Part shown: one piece after another, positions 20,272 through 31,705 of the stretch
Layout: every line of letters starts with the position of its first letter
Position numbering within the stretch: position 1 is the first letter of the stretch
Assembly (NCBI GenBank): GCA_964019335.1
Contig: OZ025685.1
Coordinates: 517,589 to 581,588 of the forward strand
DNA from: Diplonema japonicum
Lineage: Eukaryota > Protista > Euglenozoa: Diplonemea
Length of the DNA stretch: 64,000 bases
Direction: 5' to 3'
Translations under genes and position numbers: made by a program
Notes under the pieces: model-generated
What the model saw: the letters and a program-made list of their open reading frames with translations, nothing else
What the model was told of the DNA's origin: nothing
Database searches by the model: none

Positions 20272-22989
20272 ATGTTCATCCAAGTGACGGGGAACCGACA
20301 GGTCCTCAACGGGCAGGACAACATCACGTGGTCAGTGAACCCGAAGACACGGTTCAACGAAAAGGAGTTCGCGACACTAAAGCGCACACTTGGACGGGAT
20401 TATAAAGCGGAAAAGGGACTAGAGGGTCTGGCACTATTCATGGTCACACCGAGCGGGGAAAAGGGAAAGAAGATACAGGCGGGAGACACCCCATCCAGCC
20501 TCGGGCTCGGCCCACAGAGCAAGATATGGATAGACTTCGACGACACACCACTGAAGCCGCAACCCCCGACAGAAACCTCTCCGAGAAACATGGAGCCTTT
20601 AACACTACCGCAGCCTCAGGCACAACCGCAGCAGCTGCAGCCACCACAACAACTCCCATTCAAACTTGAACCGCCCACACCTGTGCTGCCTCACCAGCCT
20701 ATTGCCATGCCTCCATTCCCGGAACCTGTGAAGCCAGTGGTATTAAAGGTGCCACCCTTGCTACCATTAGGCCCACCCCCCGAGATCCTCATTCCACCGG
20801 CAGTGCAGATAGCAAGCATGCAGCCCCCTGGTGCTATAGGGAACAAACTGCTCAAGAAGCTGATGAAGCTCGCGAAAGACGTCAAAACCCTCAAAGAGCA
20901 AGAGCGGGATAACGGCCCCGGGCACGATGCCGGGCTCACTTCGCACATAGCTGAACTGCAAGAGGAGATGCAGCGGTTGCGTATTGAGGTCGCGAACAGC
21001 CAGCTGGCTGTGTCTGCCATGGAGCGTGAGAGGTCCAATGCTCGCGAACCCATGAAGCCCCAAAGGCACGATGGCAGCATGCCTCAGACAGCGCCGAGTG
21101 ATGTCGCGTCCCAGGTGAGCTACGCAGACCATTGGGATGATCGTCACACAGAAGGGCCCTGCCCTGTGCACGGGGAGGGACAAGAGTCATCTGATGGAGA
21201 AGAAGAGAGCGAAGAAGATGAAAACAGAGAAGTCCGCCGAAAGAAAGACGGGTGGCTGGAGATATGGGATGCAGATGCGGGGATGCTGTACTACGCTAAC
21301 GAGGAGACACAGGAGTCTAGATGGGAGGCAAAAGGCACACCCTTTGAAGAACCCGCGCGACGCACACCGTCCCCAGTGCGTCAGTCTCCCATCCAGCAAC
21401 AACCTTTTCACCCCATTCCAACCAAAACAGCTGAGCTTATTCCTGTTCCTGCACCTTCTTCAGAAATGGTTGTCCAGGAGCACCCCGAGTTGATAATGAA
21501 GCAACCGCAAGTAGCACCACCCCAATTAGCACCGCCCTTCATGGTTAATAATTTTCAGCCATCTTGCGATGAAACCAGCATGGGTGGATCTCTACTTGCA
21601 CCTGCTGCAAGTGTTGCCTCTACTTCTTTGCCACCAGGCACCGTGTCCGTCAGTGATATAGGAGATCTTCTGAACCCATCGCGACACCCGCAGGCACAAT
21701 CAGTGACCGCTCCACAGCTAAACCCTACGGTGCGCAGTGTGCACCAGGAGGTTGTGGCAGCTATCATACCCGAGGGTGTAAACGTGGGAACACCAACACC
21801 TTCTGCGACACCTGAGACTACACCTAGAGTGCAGGCTATGCTGAAAATACCATTCACGGCTGAGACGCAAACTACGCCCACTCTGTGCCCTGAAACGAAG
21901 CTCATGCAGACATCAGCTCGGGGGTCGCGTCGTACATCGGCTGCCACATCACTCAGCGGCAGGGGTACCCCCGCCTCCATGATGCTGGATATACCAGCAA
22001 ATGACTTTAAAGCTAGGCAAAAACCCCCAAGCCCCTATGAGCCCAGCCTTCATTCTGTGGAAGGGACAATGTTGCAGCAATTCGAATTCCGTACTCCGCC
22101 ACATCCTCCGTCTTTTGAAGCATCGTCTCGCAGGAGTGTTGCTTCCGAAGGTGAATGCGAGATCCTCATACCCACCGGCATGGGGATAGGGGACGCAGAG
22201 ACCGTGTCAGTTATGCAATCAGAGCGCGAATCGACACCTTCACCTCCCCCCCCACCCCGACCCAGGGCCAGCTCTGAGGAGTCCGAGGAGATTCTCGACC
22301 TCAGCTCTTTTAGAAGACTTCCCTCGCCGCCCCCGCTTTCCCCGCCTAGAGGACCCCCAATGAAAATAATAGATACCCTTAAACATAACACCGACAAGCT
22401 GCCCAAGGGCATGAAGGAAACGCTTGCTTCGCTAAAATTCCACGATGAATGGTTCCATGACTTAGTGTACCAATCGCTCAGGAGCTACTACTACTGTGAG
22501 GTGAGGGGCCTAGAGCAGAGCTATCAGAGGGAGAGGGAGAAGGAAGAGTTGTGGTTAAGTGATTTTGGGGGACTGAACTGCTGTGATCAGGAGTTTGACA
22601 AAGCAATTCCTTGTGAAGATGTGGATGTGGCTGCTCAGCAGCTGTTGAAGGATATGGGGCTTGACCCTGGGCTGCTGGATACTCCTGAACGGGCCAGCGC
22701 CGAACCCTCGCAAGACAGAACTATGTCGCCTGTGAGGACACGGGGCGACCCGAGGCATAGCCAAGCCCTGCCGCCTGTTCTTTCAAAGTTCTCAACGCCG
22801 ATCAAGGGATCCCGCAAAACAGCCAGCACCTTTCTACCCGTTCGTTCACCAACTGACACTTCTGTCGCCACTTCGGAGCTAGCTAAGGGTTGGGGCCCAG
22901 ATGACCAGAGCTCGGCAGCCAGCTCTGCCAGCCGATCCAAGCCGCTGAGCAGAATGTCCAGCGGCCTACCATCTTTTAAAGATCTGTAA
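20272..22989 (+). CDS. Pro-rich WW-domain protein with possible N-terminal ubiquitin-like fold
   Basis: WW 'GWLEIWDADAGMLYYANEETQESRWE'; N-terminal '..GDTPSSLGLGPQSKIWI'; TTACAG acceptor before ATG 20272. Confidence 0.85.
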   Translation: MFIQVTGNRQVLNGQDNITWSVNPKTRFNEKEFATLKRTLGRDYKAEKGLEGLALFMVTPSGEKGKKIQAGDTPSSLGLGPQSKIWIDFDDTPLKPQPPTETSPRNMEPLTLPQPQAQPQQLQPPQQLPFKLEPPTPVLPHQPIAMPPFPEPVKPVVLKVPPLLPLGPPPEILIPPAVQIASMQPPGAIGNKLLKKLMKLAKDVKTLKEQERDNGPGHDAGLTSHIAELQEEMQRLRIEVANSQLAVSAMERERSNAREPMKPQRHDGSMPQTAPSDVASQVSYADHWDDRHTEGPCPVHGEGQESSDGEEESEEDENREVRRKKDGWLEIWDADAGMLYYANEETQESRWEAKGTPFEEPARRTPSPVRQSPIQQQPFHPIPTKTAELIPVPAPSSEMVVQEHPELIMKQPQVAPPQLAPPFMVNNFQPSCDETSMGGSLLAPAASVASTSLPPGTVSVSDIGDLLNPSRHPQAQSVTAPQLNPTVRSVHQEVVAAIIPEGVNVGTPTPSATPETTPRVQAMLKIPFTAETQTTPTLCPETKLMQTSARGSRRTSAATSLSGRGTPASMMLDIPANDFKARQKPPSPYEPSLHSVEGTMLQQFEFRTPPHPPSFEASSRRSVASEGECEILIPTGMGIGDAETVSVMQSERESTPSPPPPPRPRASSEESEEILDLSSFRRLPSPPPLSPPRGPPMKIIDTLKHNTDKLPKGMKETLASLKFHDEWFHDLVYQSLRSYYYCEVRGLEQSYQREREKEELWLSDFGGLNCCDQEFDKAIPCEDVDVAAQQLLKDMGLDPGLLDTPERASAEPSQDRTMSPVRTRGDPRHSQALPPVLSKFSTPIKGSRKTASTFLPVRSPTDTSVATSELAKGWGPDDQSSAASSASRSKPLSRMSSGLPSFKDL

Positions 22990-23081
22990 ATAACTTTCAC
23001 ATGCCATGTATCTAGTTTGTTGTACTGTAAACTTTGTTGTTACTGTTCACCACGTATATTGCACTCCATCACAGGGATGAG

Positions 23082-26000
23082 ATGATGTCCGACTCAGATG
23101 AGCGGAGCCTCAGGTCGTGCAGGGGGATGAGCAGCGAGCGATCCGTCAGCTACGAGAGCTGCGAGAGCGGTGTGGAGATTCTTGCACGGAAGGTGAACGA
23201 CTATAGAAGCGCGCACACGCAGCTTGTGAAGGACCACCACATGATGAAGACTGAGAACGACTCCCTGTGGGAGAGGGTGCACACCTTGCAAGATGAGAAT
23301 AAAAAACTGGGACTGACTCACCTGAATCTGCGCGAGGAATGTGTAGTGATGACTGATGCGTGCGTCGAGCTGTACAATGGCTCCTCGGGGGAGACCAGGA
23401 GGATCGTATCGGTACTGCACGAGCATGTCAAGAAGTACTCAGACATCCTAGCATCTTCCACTGCTGCTCCGTGTATCATTTCACCCACTAGGCACTCCCA
23501 GTTGGAAGCAAAGCTTATAGCATCTAGGTCGCACTGCGAAGATTTAGAGCTCGCTAAGCAGCAGCTAAGCACCACAGTGCACAACTTAACGATGGAGCTG
23601 AAAGAGATGGATGTGCTGCGGGAGGCAAACAGAAAGCTGACACATGATTATTCTGCTTTGCTGACGGAGAGGAGCAATGCCGTTTCGGAGAGCAGGGACA
23701 TGATTTCAAGGGAGGGAGAGCATGAGAAGCGGCTGGCAGATCTCAAGGAACAGGTAGGTGTTTTGAACGAGGGGAACGTGGCGTTGATGAAACAGCTAAC
23801 AAACTTGGAGAGGGAGAAGGACGCCGTCATCAATGATCTCACGAGGCAGGTGTCGAGCTTATCTGTTGTTATGGCAGACATGGCCCACGGGACTGCAGAA
23901 GCTGACAAGCTGCGCGAGGAGAACCTCTCACTGAAGCGTCAAGCGAACATGGAACTGTCCGTATCGTCGACACCGTCAGCTAGTGCAAGTGTCATGTCGT
24001 TGCAGACAGAGGTCGCAAGACTAGCATCGGAGTGCTCTAAATACGAAGGTGTTGTCTCCAAGCTCAACATGGAAATCAGGCGGATGGAGTCAGAGAAAGC
24101 TCGCTACGGTGTTCTGCTGGAGCCGCTCGAAAAAGAGCTGACTAGGCAGCAGCAAGCGGCTGGTGAGCTGGCTGGAGAGAACCTAAGGTTTCACGAGGAG
24201 TCCGCTCGCCTCAAACAAGAAAATGCAAAACTCAAAAAGAGAGAGCACGCACTCGCGGAGGAGGTGTGCATGCTGAAGAATACGTGTAATATACAGCAGC
24301 TTGAGGCAGCTGCACTGCAACAGGATACAAGTGCTGAGGCGCAAGAGCTGCATCAACAGCTTGACTCTCTGAGGACTGAGCTCGAACACGTTAAAACATC
24401 CTTCGAAAAAGAGAAGAACAGCAGCACTGTTGCCGAGGATCTTTTGCTGGAACTGCAGGCAACGAGGAACGACGTCTCTGCTGCGGATAGGCTAGCGGAG
24501 GAACGGAGGTACAGGCTTGGTGCAGAGGAAGAGCTACGTAGGGCGCTGCTTACCATTAGGCAAATGGAGGCACGCCTGCAAGAACCGGCAGACCCTGAAA
24601 TTCTGCAGACGCTTGCTGAGCTGAAGGCCCAACACTCGATGCGCACAGCAGAAGTGGAGGCCATGAAACAAGAACTGTGCAAGCAGCTCCAGCTAGAAGA
24701 TGAACTACAGGACCTCAAGCAGCGAACGTCGCATGACACATCGAGCTACACCCTCGAGCTGGAGGTGCTGAAGTCCAAACTTGCAGATGCAAAGAGCACC
24801 ATATCAAAACTGGAGGTGACACTGGAACAGGTAACGAAAAGCTACCAAACTGAAAAAGAAGAGAATTTGAAGGTGATCACAACAGGGAAGCTTGAGAGCA
24901 GCAAGCTCGCAAACGAGTTGTCTGAAACAAAGGCAGAAATATGCAAGCTGGAAGACGAAAGAACAAGGCTGAATAGGTTGGAACGAGAGGCACATACCGA
25001 GCTCTGCGAAGCAAAACAGGAACGCGCAAAGTTCAAAAAGATGGCAAGTGACTTGGAGGAAGAGCTTGCTTCCTTGAAGAAGATGCATGCTGACACACTT
25101 CGTGTGGAGAGCAGCCACCTTGCTGCTGAGCTTCATGTAGCTAAGTCAAAAACCACCGAAGCGCAGGGAACTGTGGTACGTTTGGAAGCTGCCCTGGAAC
25201 AGGTCACAAGAACATCACAAACGGAAAAAGAAAACAGCCTGGCATGCAGGCTTGAAAATACTACATTGCAGAACGAATTAGATGCCCTGAAGAAGGCGAA
25301 CAGGGACCTGGAGAGTGACACTGCTAGTCGGAAAGTAGAACTTGCTGAAATGGAGATGAACGTTGTTTCTCTGCAAGCGCAACTTAAGAAAACTGCGAGA
25401 GAGCACGAAGAGTTGCGTAGAGAGATGGAGGCTATCAGAGTGCAGTATGTGAAAAGCAGCTCGCTGGTAGAAGATATGAAACAGACGGAGAAGAGGCTGT
25501 TGAGTGAAAGCCAGATGAGCGACACATCCCTTGACACTTACAAGCGAGAGATAGCAAGGCTGCACATAATGCTGGAGGAGCGAGACATGATGCTGCAGTC
25601 ACACCAGTCGCGGTACGAGCAGTTCGAAGACAGCACAGCATGTCTGCAACGTGAGATCGAGCATCTGCAAGGCACCGACGCCTCTAATGCCGTGCTGCAG
25701 CAGAAGCTTGAAACAGCCTGCAGCCGCCATGCAGAGCTCGATAACACATGTGAGGACCTTGTCACTGAGCTGCAGACGACTCGCAGTGTGCTGCAGAAGA
25801 CTCAGGCAGATCGACAAGCTGAGGCAGCAAAGGTATGTACGTAGAACAAATAAAGCAACTCGTGTGCAGGTCGTCGAATTGGAGATGCAATTGAAGAACC
25901 TCGAGAACGATAAAGCAGGCCTTGTGCTGGAGTTAGCCAAGCTTGCTCCCAAGTCCGAGAAGGAAGCCAACATGACAAGTGTCGAGAACATGATAGATGC

Positions 26001-27314
26001 ACTGCGAAGGGAGTTGCATGAGGGGAAGCAAGAAGAAGCGGCCCACGCCAAGCAGGAAGCTGCGAGACTTACGCAGGAACTGCAGCATAACAGAGCTTCC
26101 CAGGTGAGCAGAATAACGGGGCTTCTAGAGAATTTACACCCGGGGGCTCCGTTGCCTCGGTCCCCTAACAGCGGCTTTAAGGAACTTAGCAACAAAACGC
26201 AATCTTTGAAGGAAATGCTGTACAAAGCGGAGATGGAAATTGCGGGGTTGAAAAAAGTGGTTAACATCCACCAAGAGACGGAGGAAAGGTTGCGTGCAGG
26301 AGCTGCTGACTGGACTATCGGGCGCGACAGCAGCGCTTTTAACAGGGACATCATGGCGCTGAAGGAGAGGTCTGACGAGGAGAGCGCTGTATTGCGAAAG
26401 GTGATTGACTCCATCCTCACTATCGCATTCACCATCGAGGGAGACAAGGGGCACGAGTTGCGAGAAATGGCACTCGTGCTGCCAAAGTGCGTTCAGACAT
26501 TCGACTACCTCAGCAGCCAGGTGAAGATAGGCCTCAAAGCGATCGCTGCCTTCGGCACCGCGCGTAGAGAGAACTCAGAGAATGAGGATGTACTCGCAGC
26601 ATGCCTGAAGCTGCAGAAACAGCACACAGTAGCGGCACAGCAAGAGCTAGACTCGTGTTTTACAGAATGGGAAGTGGAGCGCACGCTGTACCAGGAAGAG
26701 GTTCTTGCACTGAAGGAACAACGAGCTTCTGTGAGGCACAGAGAGTGCGTGGTAGAGGAGGACAGACAGAGGACTACTGTGCTGTTGGAAGAGGCCTTAG
26801 AGTTCAGTGAGATCTCGAAAGAGAGCAAAGCGGATATGCTCGAGACGGTGATGGTTATGCAGAGCGAAGTGAACTGTGCCACACGGCAGTGGAATGCCAT
26901 CAAAGACGAGCTGTGGGCCTTCGTGACATCTAATGTAGTCACGGAAGAGCAGTCCAGCAGATCAGCGCTGCAGCAGCGGTATGAACACGGTTTGTTGGAA
27001 CTAACGATTTGGCTGCTATCCGTGTCCCAGGAGCAAGTGCAGGTGAGCCATCAAAGCCCTCCCGAAATCTCGTTCAACCAACCCAAGCGTTCCCCAGCAG
27101 CGTGCTGGACCAGCATCCGCCCAAGTACCAGCACTGACACTTCTTCTGCTCCGTATGCCATCAGAGTCCCCGATGCCATCCGACTGCCAGACGCTCCACC
27201 TGATCAGGTTTGTTTTGCTCTTACAATAACTTCACACAGTTTGCTCAACTCCACGCAAATCCGCGCACTGCATCTCTCCCCAGCTTCACGAAGCTGCCCT
27301 TGATACCGCCCTAG
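23082..27314 (+). CDS. Very long coiled-coil protein; exons 23082-25832, 25870-27207, 27240-27314
   Basis: A 37-nt GTATGT...TGCAG intron (25833-25869) joins the two long ORFs in frame. A probable 32-nt intron lies at 27208-27239 (less certain; the unspliced stop is at 27303). Confidence 0.8.
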
Positions 27315-27444
27315 ACTATAGATTAGATCAATCTAAAGGCTTTTTAAGTCTTCTTATTAGTTATGTTGCTTAGATAGTGGGTTAGAATGTTTATACTTAC
27401 CTCTTTTACGAATTTTTTGTCTAATTGCCTACAGGAGAGAAGCC

Positions 27445-28347
27445 ATGCCTTGGGTGGAGAAGGTTGACAATGCAGGCAAGGCGTTTTACTTCAACACGGA
27501 TACGAAGGAGGTCTCTGTAGATCCACCTGAGGGGTATGTGCCTACAGAGTTAGCGCCTGATGTGCTTGTCGAGCAAGCCTTGCAAGGTGATTGGGAAAAG
27601 AAGGTATCAGCAACAGGAAGGGTATACTACTGGAACAAGAAGAAGAACAAGGCGACATGGGACCTTAGCAAGATGCTGGGTGGACCAGCTGCAGGGAAGA
27701 CATATGACAAAGCAGAAGTGGTGCCAGCCATGACGCGGCTTGAAGAACGGAATGAGAAGGACAAACTGCAGCTCACCCAGCTTGAGAGGGAATACCAACA
27801 CGCAAAGAGCGTGTCACCTAGCTGGGTCTTGGAGCAGACGCAGGACGAGAGGAAGGAGGAGCTGGACAAGGCCAAGCAAGGCATCACTGACATAAAGACG
27901 TCCATAGGTGCCTTTGGTGCACTCCCTACTTCTGTGAAGCCGTGGAAGCTGTCACCCAGCCCCCCTCAGCAGGCTGCGATGCCCAGACCCTTCCCTCTTG
28001 ACAACCTTGGGGGTTTTGGTGGTGCCCTGAGACAAGAGTCACCGCAAAGATTACAGTACCGACGCCTCCTGCACCCTGCAGAGGAGGCATACACCAACCC
28101 CAACCCCTCCCCTTCCCCCGGGCTTGACATTTCACGAGCCTCCACGGCGGTACTTCTAGAAGAGCTCTCCAGAAGAAGGGCCTCCAGCCCAGACGTCGAC
28201 ACGTTGATGAGCAGCTATGCCGTACCTCAAAGCAGAACCAACGTTTTACACCCTCCGCTCCCCCCCACCCTACCTGACCCGCCCCCTACACAGATGGGAT
28301 GGTCCACTGTTGAGCGCGATGCTTGGGAGCAACTAGCCTCTATGTGA
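27445..28347 (+). CDS. Tandem WW-domain protein (300 aa)
   Basis: 'PWVEKVDNAGKAFYFNTDTKEVSVDPP' and 'DWEKKVSATGRVYYWNKKKNKATWD'. Confidence 0.88.
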   Translation: MPWVEKVDNAGKAFYFNTDTKEVSVDPPEGYVPTELAPDVLVEQALQGDWEKKVSATGRVYYWNKKKNKATWDLSKMLGGPAAGKTYDKAEVVPAMTRLEERNEKDKLQLTQLEREYQHAKSVSPSWVLEQTQDERKEELDKAKQGITDIKTSIGAFGALPTSVKPWKLSPSPPQQAAMPRPFPLDNLGGFGGALRQESPQRLQYRRLLHPAEEAYTNPNPSPSPGLDISRASTAVLLEELSRRRASSPDVDTLMSSYAVPQSRTNVLHPPLPPTLPDPPPTQMGWSTVERDAWEQLASM

Positions 28348-28433
28348 ATTGCTACTCTGTTTGTAATGTTTGTACTGAACTGATTTCTTTTTATATATAC
28401 TTGCTATTATCGCTTCAGTCGCATACAAGATAG

Positions 28434-29951
28434 ATGAGGTTGCTTTACCTGCCTGTCGACATTTGGCAAGTGTTGCTGTGTTTTCTGGAAGCAAAACATG
28501 TGTTAAAACTGGAGCAAGTGAGCAGGAAGGCCCTTAGTCTTGCTAGAAACATGGACTACTGGCAGAAGCTCAGCGATGCGGTGCTGCGTGAGACTCCTTG
28601 GATAGAGAAGGACAGGGACAGGTGCATCCTTGCGTTAAAAGTACAGAAGACATTAAGCATGGTGAATAGTGGAACGGCATCAAGCACAGCGTTGCTGCAG
28701 TCGAAGATGTTGACCGAGATCAAGACCAAGTCAAACCAGAGCCCCATCTGCAAGGCATGCCTGGCTCGCAGTGGTCATGTTGTCTTCTGGACTAAAGGAT
28801 GTAATGTTCTTCGCAATCAGCAAACGGTTGGACGCCTGTCACCCACGAACGCTTCCAGGCGCCCGAAGACACCCAACTTCAAGAAGCAGTCTTTCCCTTC
28901 TCTCTTGGACCGCATGTCAAGAAGCGTCAAATCTGATTCATCCGAAACAAGCTGTAAAGCACCAATTTATGGTCCGACCCTTACTTACTTCCACAAGCCG
29001 TCAGGCGTACTGGCCATTGCGTGCGCCGACAAGTCGATATCCCTCCTCGACACAAACAACATCACTGGCGAGCACATGACTGCCGACAAAGAGCTTCGCA
29101 GCAAGCCTGGCTGCGGACACACCTCGCAGATATCGTCTATAACCATGGACACCACCTCAGTGTACACAGGCAGCTTCGACTCTAGCATCAGAGTGTGGGG
29201 AAGAGGCAGCGGCAAGCAGCTCGCCAACCTATCCGGCCACTCAAATTTGGTGACACATTTGCTGGTCGATCCTTTGGACAGCAGAAACGGCTTGCTCGCC
29301 AGCAGCTCGCAAAATGGGGGTACTGGTCTGCCCACCATATTGGTGCACGATGTGGCTGCAAAGAGTTTAGTTAGCAAGATGGTTTTGCCCGCAGGGCTAA
29401 TGGGAGTTAACTCACTTGTGCGTGTTGATTCCCACACCGCCAACCACTGCTTCGCTGCGGGGATGAAGAACGAAACGGTAATTTTTGACTCCCGAACAGG
29501 GAAGAGTGTGCTGCAAGTACCTATGGTGAACGGGATGATAAGCTCCATCATTTCGTCGAACGGCTACATCTACGCAGCGGGCGGCGAGTCATCACCTAGC
29601 ATAGCGAGCCTGGAGCTGCGCAGCGGGAAGAGGATGTGGATTGTGGAAGATGCACACGAGAGGGTCATCAGCTCGTTAGACATACACCGTGGTTGGGACG
29701 GAATGAAAAGTACAAAGCACTTGTTTAGTGCATCGAGAGACGGCACGCTACGTGCGTGGGATATCAGCTCCGAGTCCACTACAAGAAGGTGCACACCTCT
29801 CACCACCTTTTTCGCCAACACAAAGAAGGGAGGCATCCACTCCTGCAGGTGGGACGGCTTCCATGTCATTACCGTCCGCAACCACAGTATTGAGGTCCTG
29901 GACTTCACGCTGCGTTCCATGCGGCACAACCGAAAGGTAAGCCTTGTGTAG
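28434..29951 (+). CDS. F-box/WD40 protein
   Basis: F-box 'LLYLPVDIWQVLLCFL...LEQVSRK'; WD repeats 'GSFDSSIRVW' and 'SASRDGTLRAWD'. A terminal intron at 29937-29978 is possible. Confidence 0.88.
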   Translation: MRLLYLPVDIWQVLLCFLEAKHVLKLEQVSRKALSLARNMDYWQKLSDAVLRETPWIEKDRDRCILALKVQKTLSMVNSGTASSTALLQSKMLTEIKTKSNQSPICKACLARSGHVVFWTKGCNVLRNQQTVGRLSPTNASRRPKTPNFKKQSFPSLLDRMSRSVKSDSSETSCKAPIYGPTLTYFHKPSGVLAIACADKSISLLDTNNITGEHMTADKELRSKPGCGHTSQISSITMDTTSVYTGSFDSSIRVWGRGSGKQLANLSGHSNLVTHLLVDPLDSRNGLLASSSQNGGTGLPTILVHDVAAKSLVSKMVLPAGLMGVNSLVRVDSHTANHCFAAGMKNETVIFDSRTGKSVLQVPMVNGMISSIISSNGYIYAAGGESSPSIASLELRSGKRMWIVEDAHERVISSLDIHRGWDGMKSTKHLFSASRDGTLRAWDISSESTTRRCTPLTTFFANTKKGGIHSCRWDGFHVITVRNHSIEVLDFTLRSMRHNRKVSLV

Positions 29952-30195
29952 GCCGCACAGAATCCCTAGCCCTGACAGCGCTCTTTGCAGCGTGTCCTTT
30001 TTTCCTCCCCTCTAATAACACGTTTCGATTTAATTTAGGGCGCATTCGTGTAACTAAGCCCACGCAGTAGCCCGAAGTAGACAAGTTGGTGGAAACACAA
30101 TACGATTTCTTTGAGGGCTGTACTTCTTGGCTTGTTACATTTTTTTTGAAGATATAACTTCCCGCTTGCTTAACATTGACACCACAGGTGGGGAT

Positions 30196-31620
30196 ATGAC
30201 GCTCATCGCTCCGGACGCTAGGGCGAGTGCTACAATCTACACAAGCGGTCGTGAAGTGCTTGATGATAGTCTCATTAAGTGGAACGTGGCCTCCTCGTCA
30301 CAAGATGCTGCGGAGAATGCCCAAAGGCTTGCGAACTTAAGGATGCGCCTTCTGGACCAGGGGCATCACTTACCGTTGTCTCTCATTCAGCAAGAGATCC
30401 ATGACTTTAATGAGGACGAGACGCTGTCACACGACAGCCCACCGTCCGGAGAAACGGACGTAGGACACACCATACCGCCTATACGGGTGAGCTTCAAAGA
30501 AGTCAGCGTGGGTGGGGGCACACTTACCTCTGAGAGGTGGTACCCATGTGTCCCTGAAGTAGAGTACTCTAAGCAAGCTGTTGTCATCGACTACACTTCG
30601 AAAGGAAAATCAAAGGACTTGTCGCTTCTTGCTCAAGAATACGAAGCCATCGAGGCCGTGGAAAGCCCGTTAGGCTTTGGTGCTCTCGGTACACCACAAC
30701 CGTACGTGAGGCGGTCCCTCACTAGTTTCGACCCTCGGGGGCGAAGGTCCACCAGGACAGGCGTCAATATGCCGACTATGAAAGACACATTGCTGAAGAA
30801 TGCACCATGGGTACCGAAGGAACCGCCTTATGTTCCACCACCACCGCCACCAGAGCCGAGCACTAGCATAGATATGCCGCGGCAGGGGATAGACGGGACG
30901 CGGGTAGAGGGCATTATCAGTGAGCTGCAACAAAACTCTCGCCTTACGTCTGTTGACCTGTCGTACAACCCAGGGATCGGGGATGCGGGTGTTGTGGCGA
31001 TCGCTGGAAGCCTCATGGCGCACAAGGGAATCAGGAGAGTGAAGATGATCGGGTGCTGCATTGGCGACCCTGGTGCGTCGGAGCTTGCAAACTGGTTCCA
31101 CGAAACACAAGCGGTAGAGCTAGACCTGAGATGGAACGGGATCTGCAAGGCCGGTTCATACTTGATGAAGAAGAAGCTAGATTACACCTCCACACTCAGC
31201 AATCTTAAACTTTCTGACACAAAAATACAGTTCTTTGTGCAGCGCAAAGACGACGAGAAGCTGGGGTTGCGCGTGAACCAAGCAGCCATGATCGAACAGG
31301 TCTTCCCACACACACCAGCTGCCAATGCTGAGCGGTACGTGGAGGAGGAGGAAGAAGAGGAAGAGGAAGAGGTAGAGGAGCAAGAAGCTCGCGAAACAGC
31401 ACTGATACCTGGCATGGTCATCTGCGCTGTCAACAACAAGCGTACAGTTACCGATCGGGATGTCCTGACAGCGGTGGATAAGGCAGATGATGAGATCATC
31501 ATAACAGTGAGGTCGAACAGAGTGCCTAGGAAGATCTTGCGGAGAATAGGAAAGAAGTTGGAAAACAATGAGGTAGATGAAGAAGAGGAGGAAGAGGAAG
31601 AGGAGCAGCCTGAGCAGTAG
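30196..31620 (+). CDS. RI-like leucine-rich repeat + PDZ-like protein
   Basis: 'LTSVDLSYNPGIGDAGVVAIAGSL', 'CCIGDPGASELA', 'LDLRWNGI'; PDZ-like 'EKLGLRV...HTPAA...LIPGMVICAVN'. Confidence 0.82.
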   Translation: MTLIAPDARASATIYTSGREVLDDSLIKWNVASSSQDAAENAQRLANLRMRLLDQGHHLPLSLIQQEIHDFNEDETLSHDSPPSGETDVGHTIPPIRVSFKEVSVGGGTLTSERWYPCVPEVEYSKQAVVIDYTSKGKSKDLSLLAQEYEAIEAVESPLGFGALGTPQPYVRRSLTSFDPRGRRSTRTGVNMPTMKDTLLKNAPWVPKEPPYVPPPPPPEPSTSIDMPRQGIDGTRVEGIISELQQNSRLTSVDLSYNPGIGDAGVVAIAGSLMAHKGIRRVKMIGCCIGDPGASELANWFHETQAVELDLRWNGICKAGSYLMKKKLDYTSTLSNLKLSDTKIQFFVQRKDDEKLGLRVNQAAMIEQVFPHTPAANAERYVEEEEEEEEEEVEEQEARETALIPGMVICAVNNKRTVTDRDVLTAVDKADDEIIITVRSNRVPRKILRRIGKKLENNEVDEEEEEEEEEQPEQ

Positions 31621-31705
31621 ATTGTTATTAGTATTTTTATCTTAGAAATGTTATTGTTATTGTTATAATTATGGTGCTGATTTTGTAACTTTCATGCAGT
31701 GACAT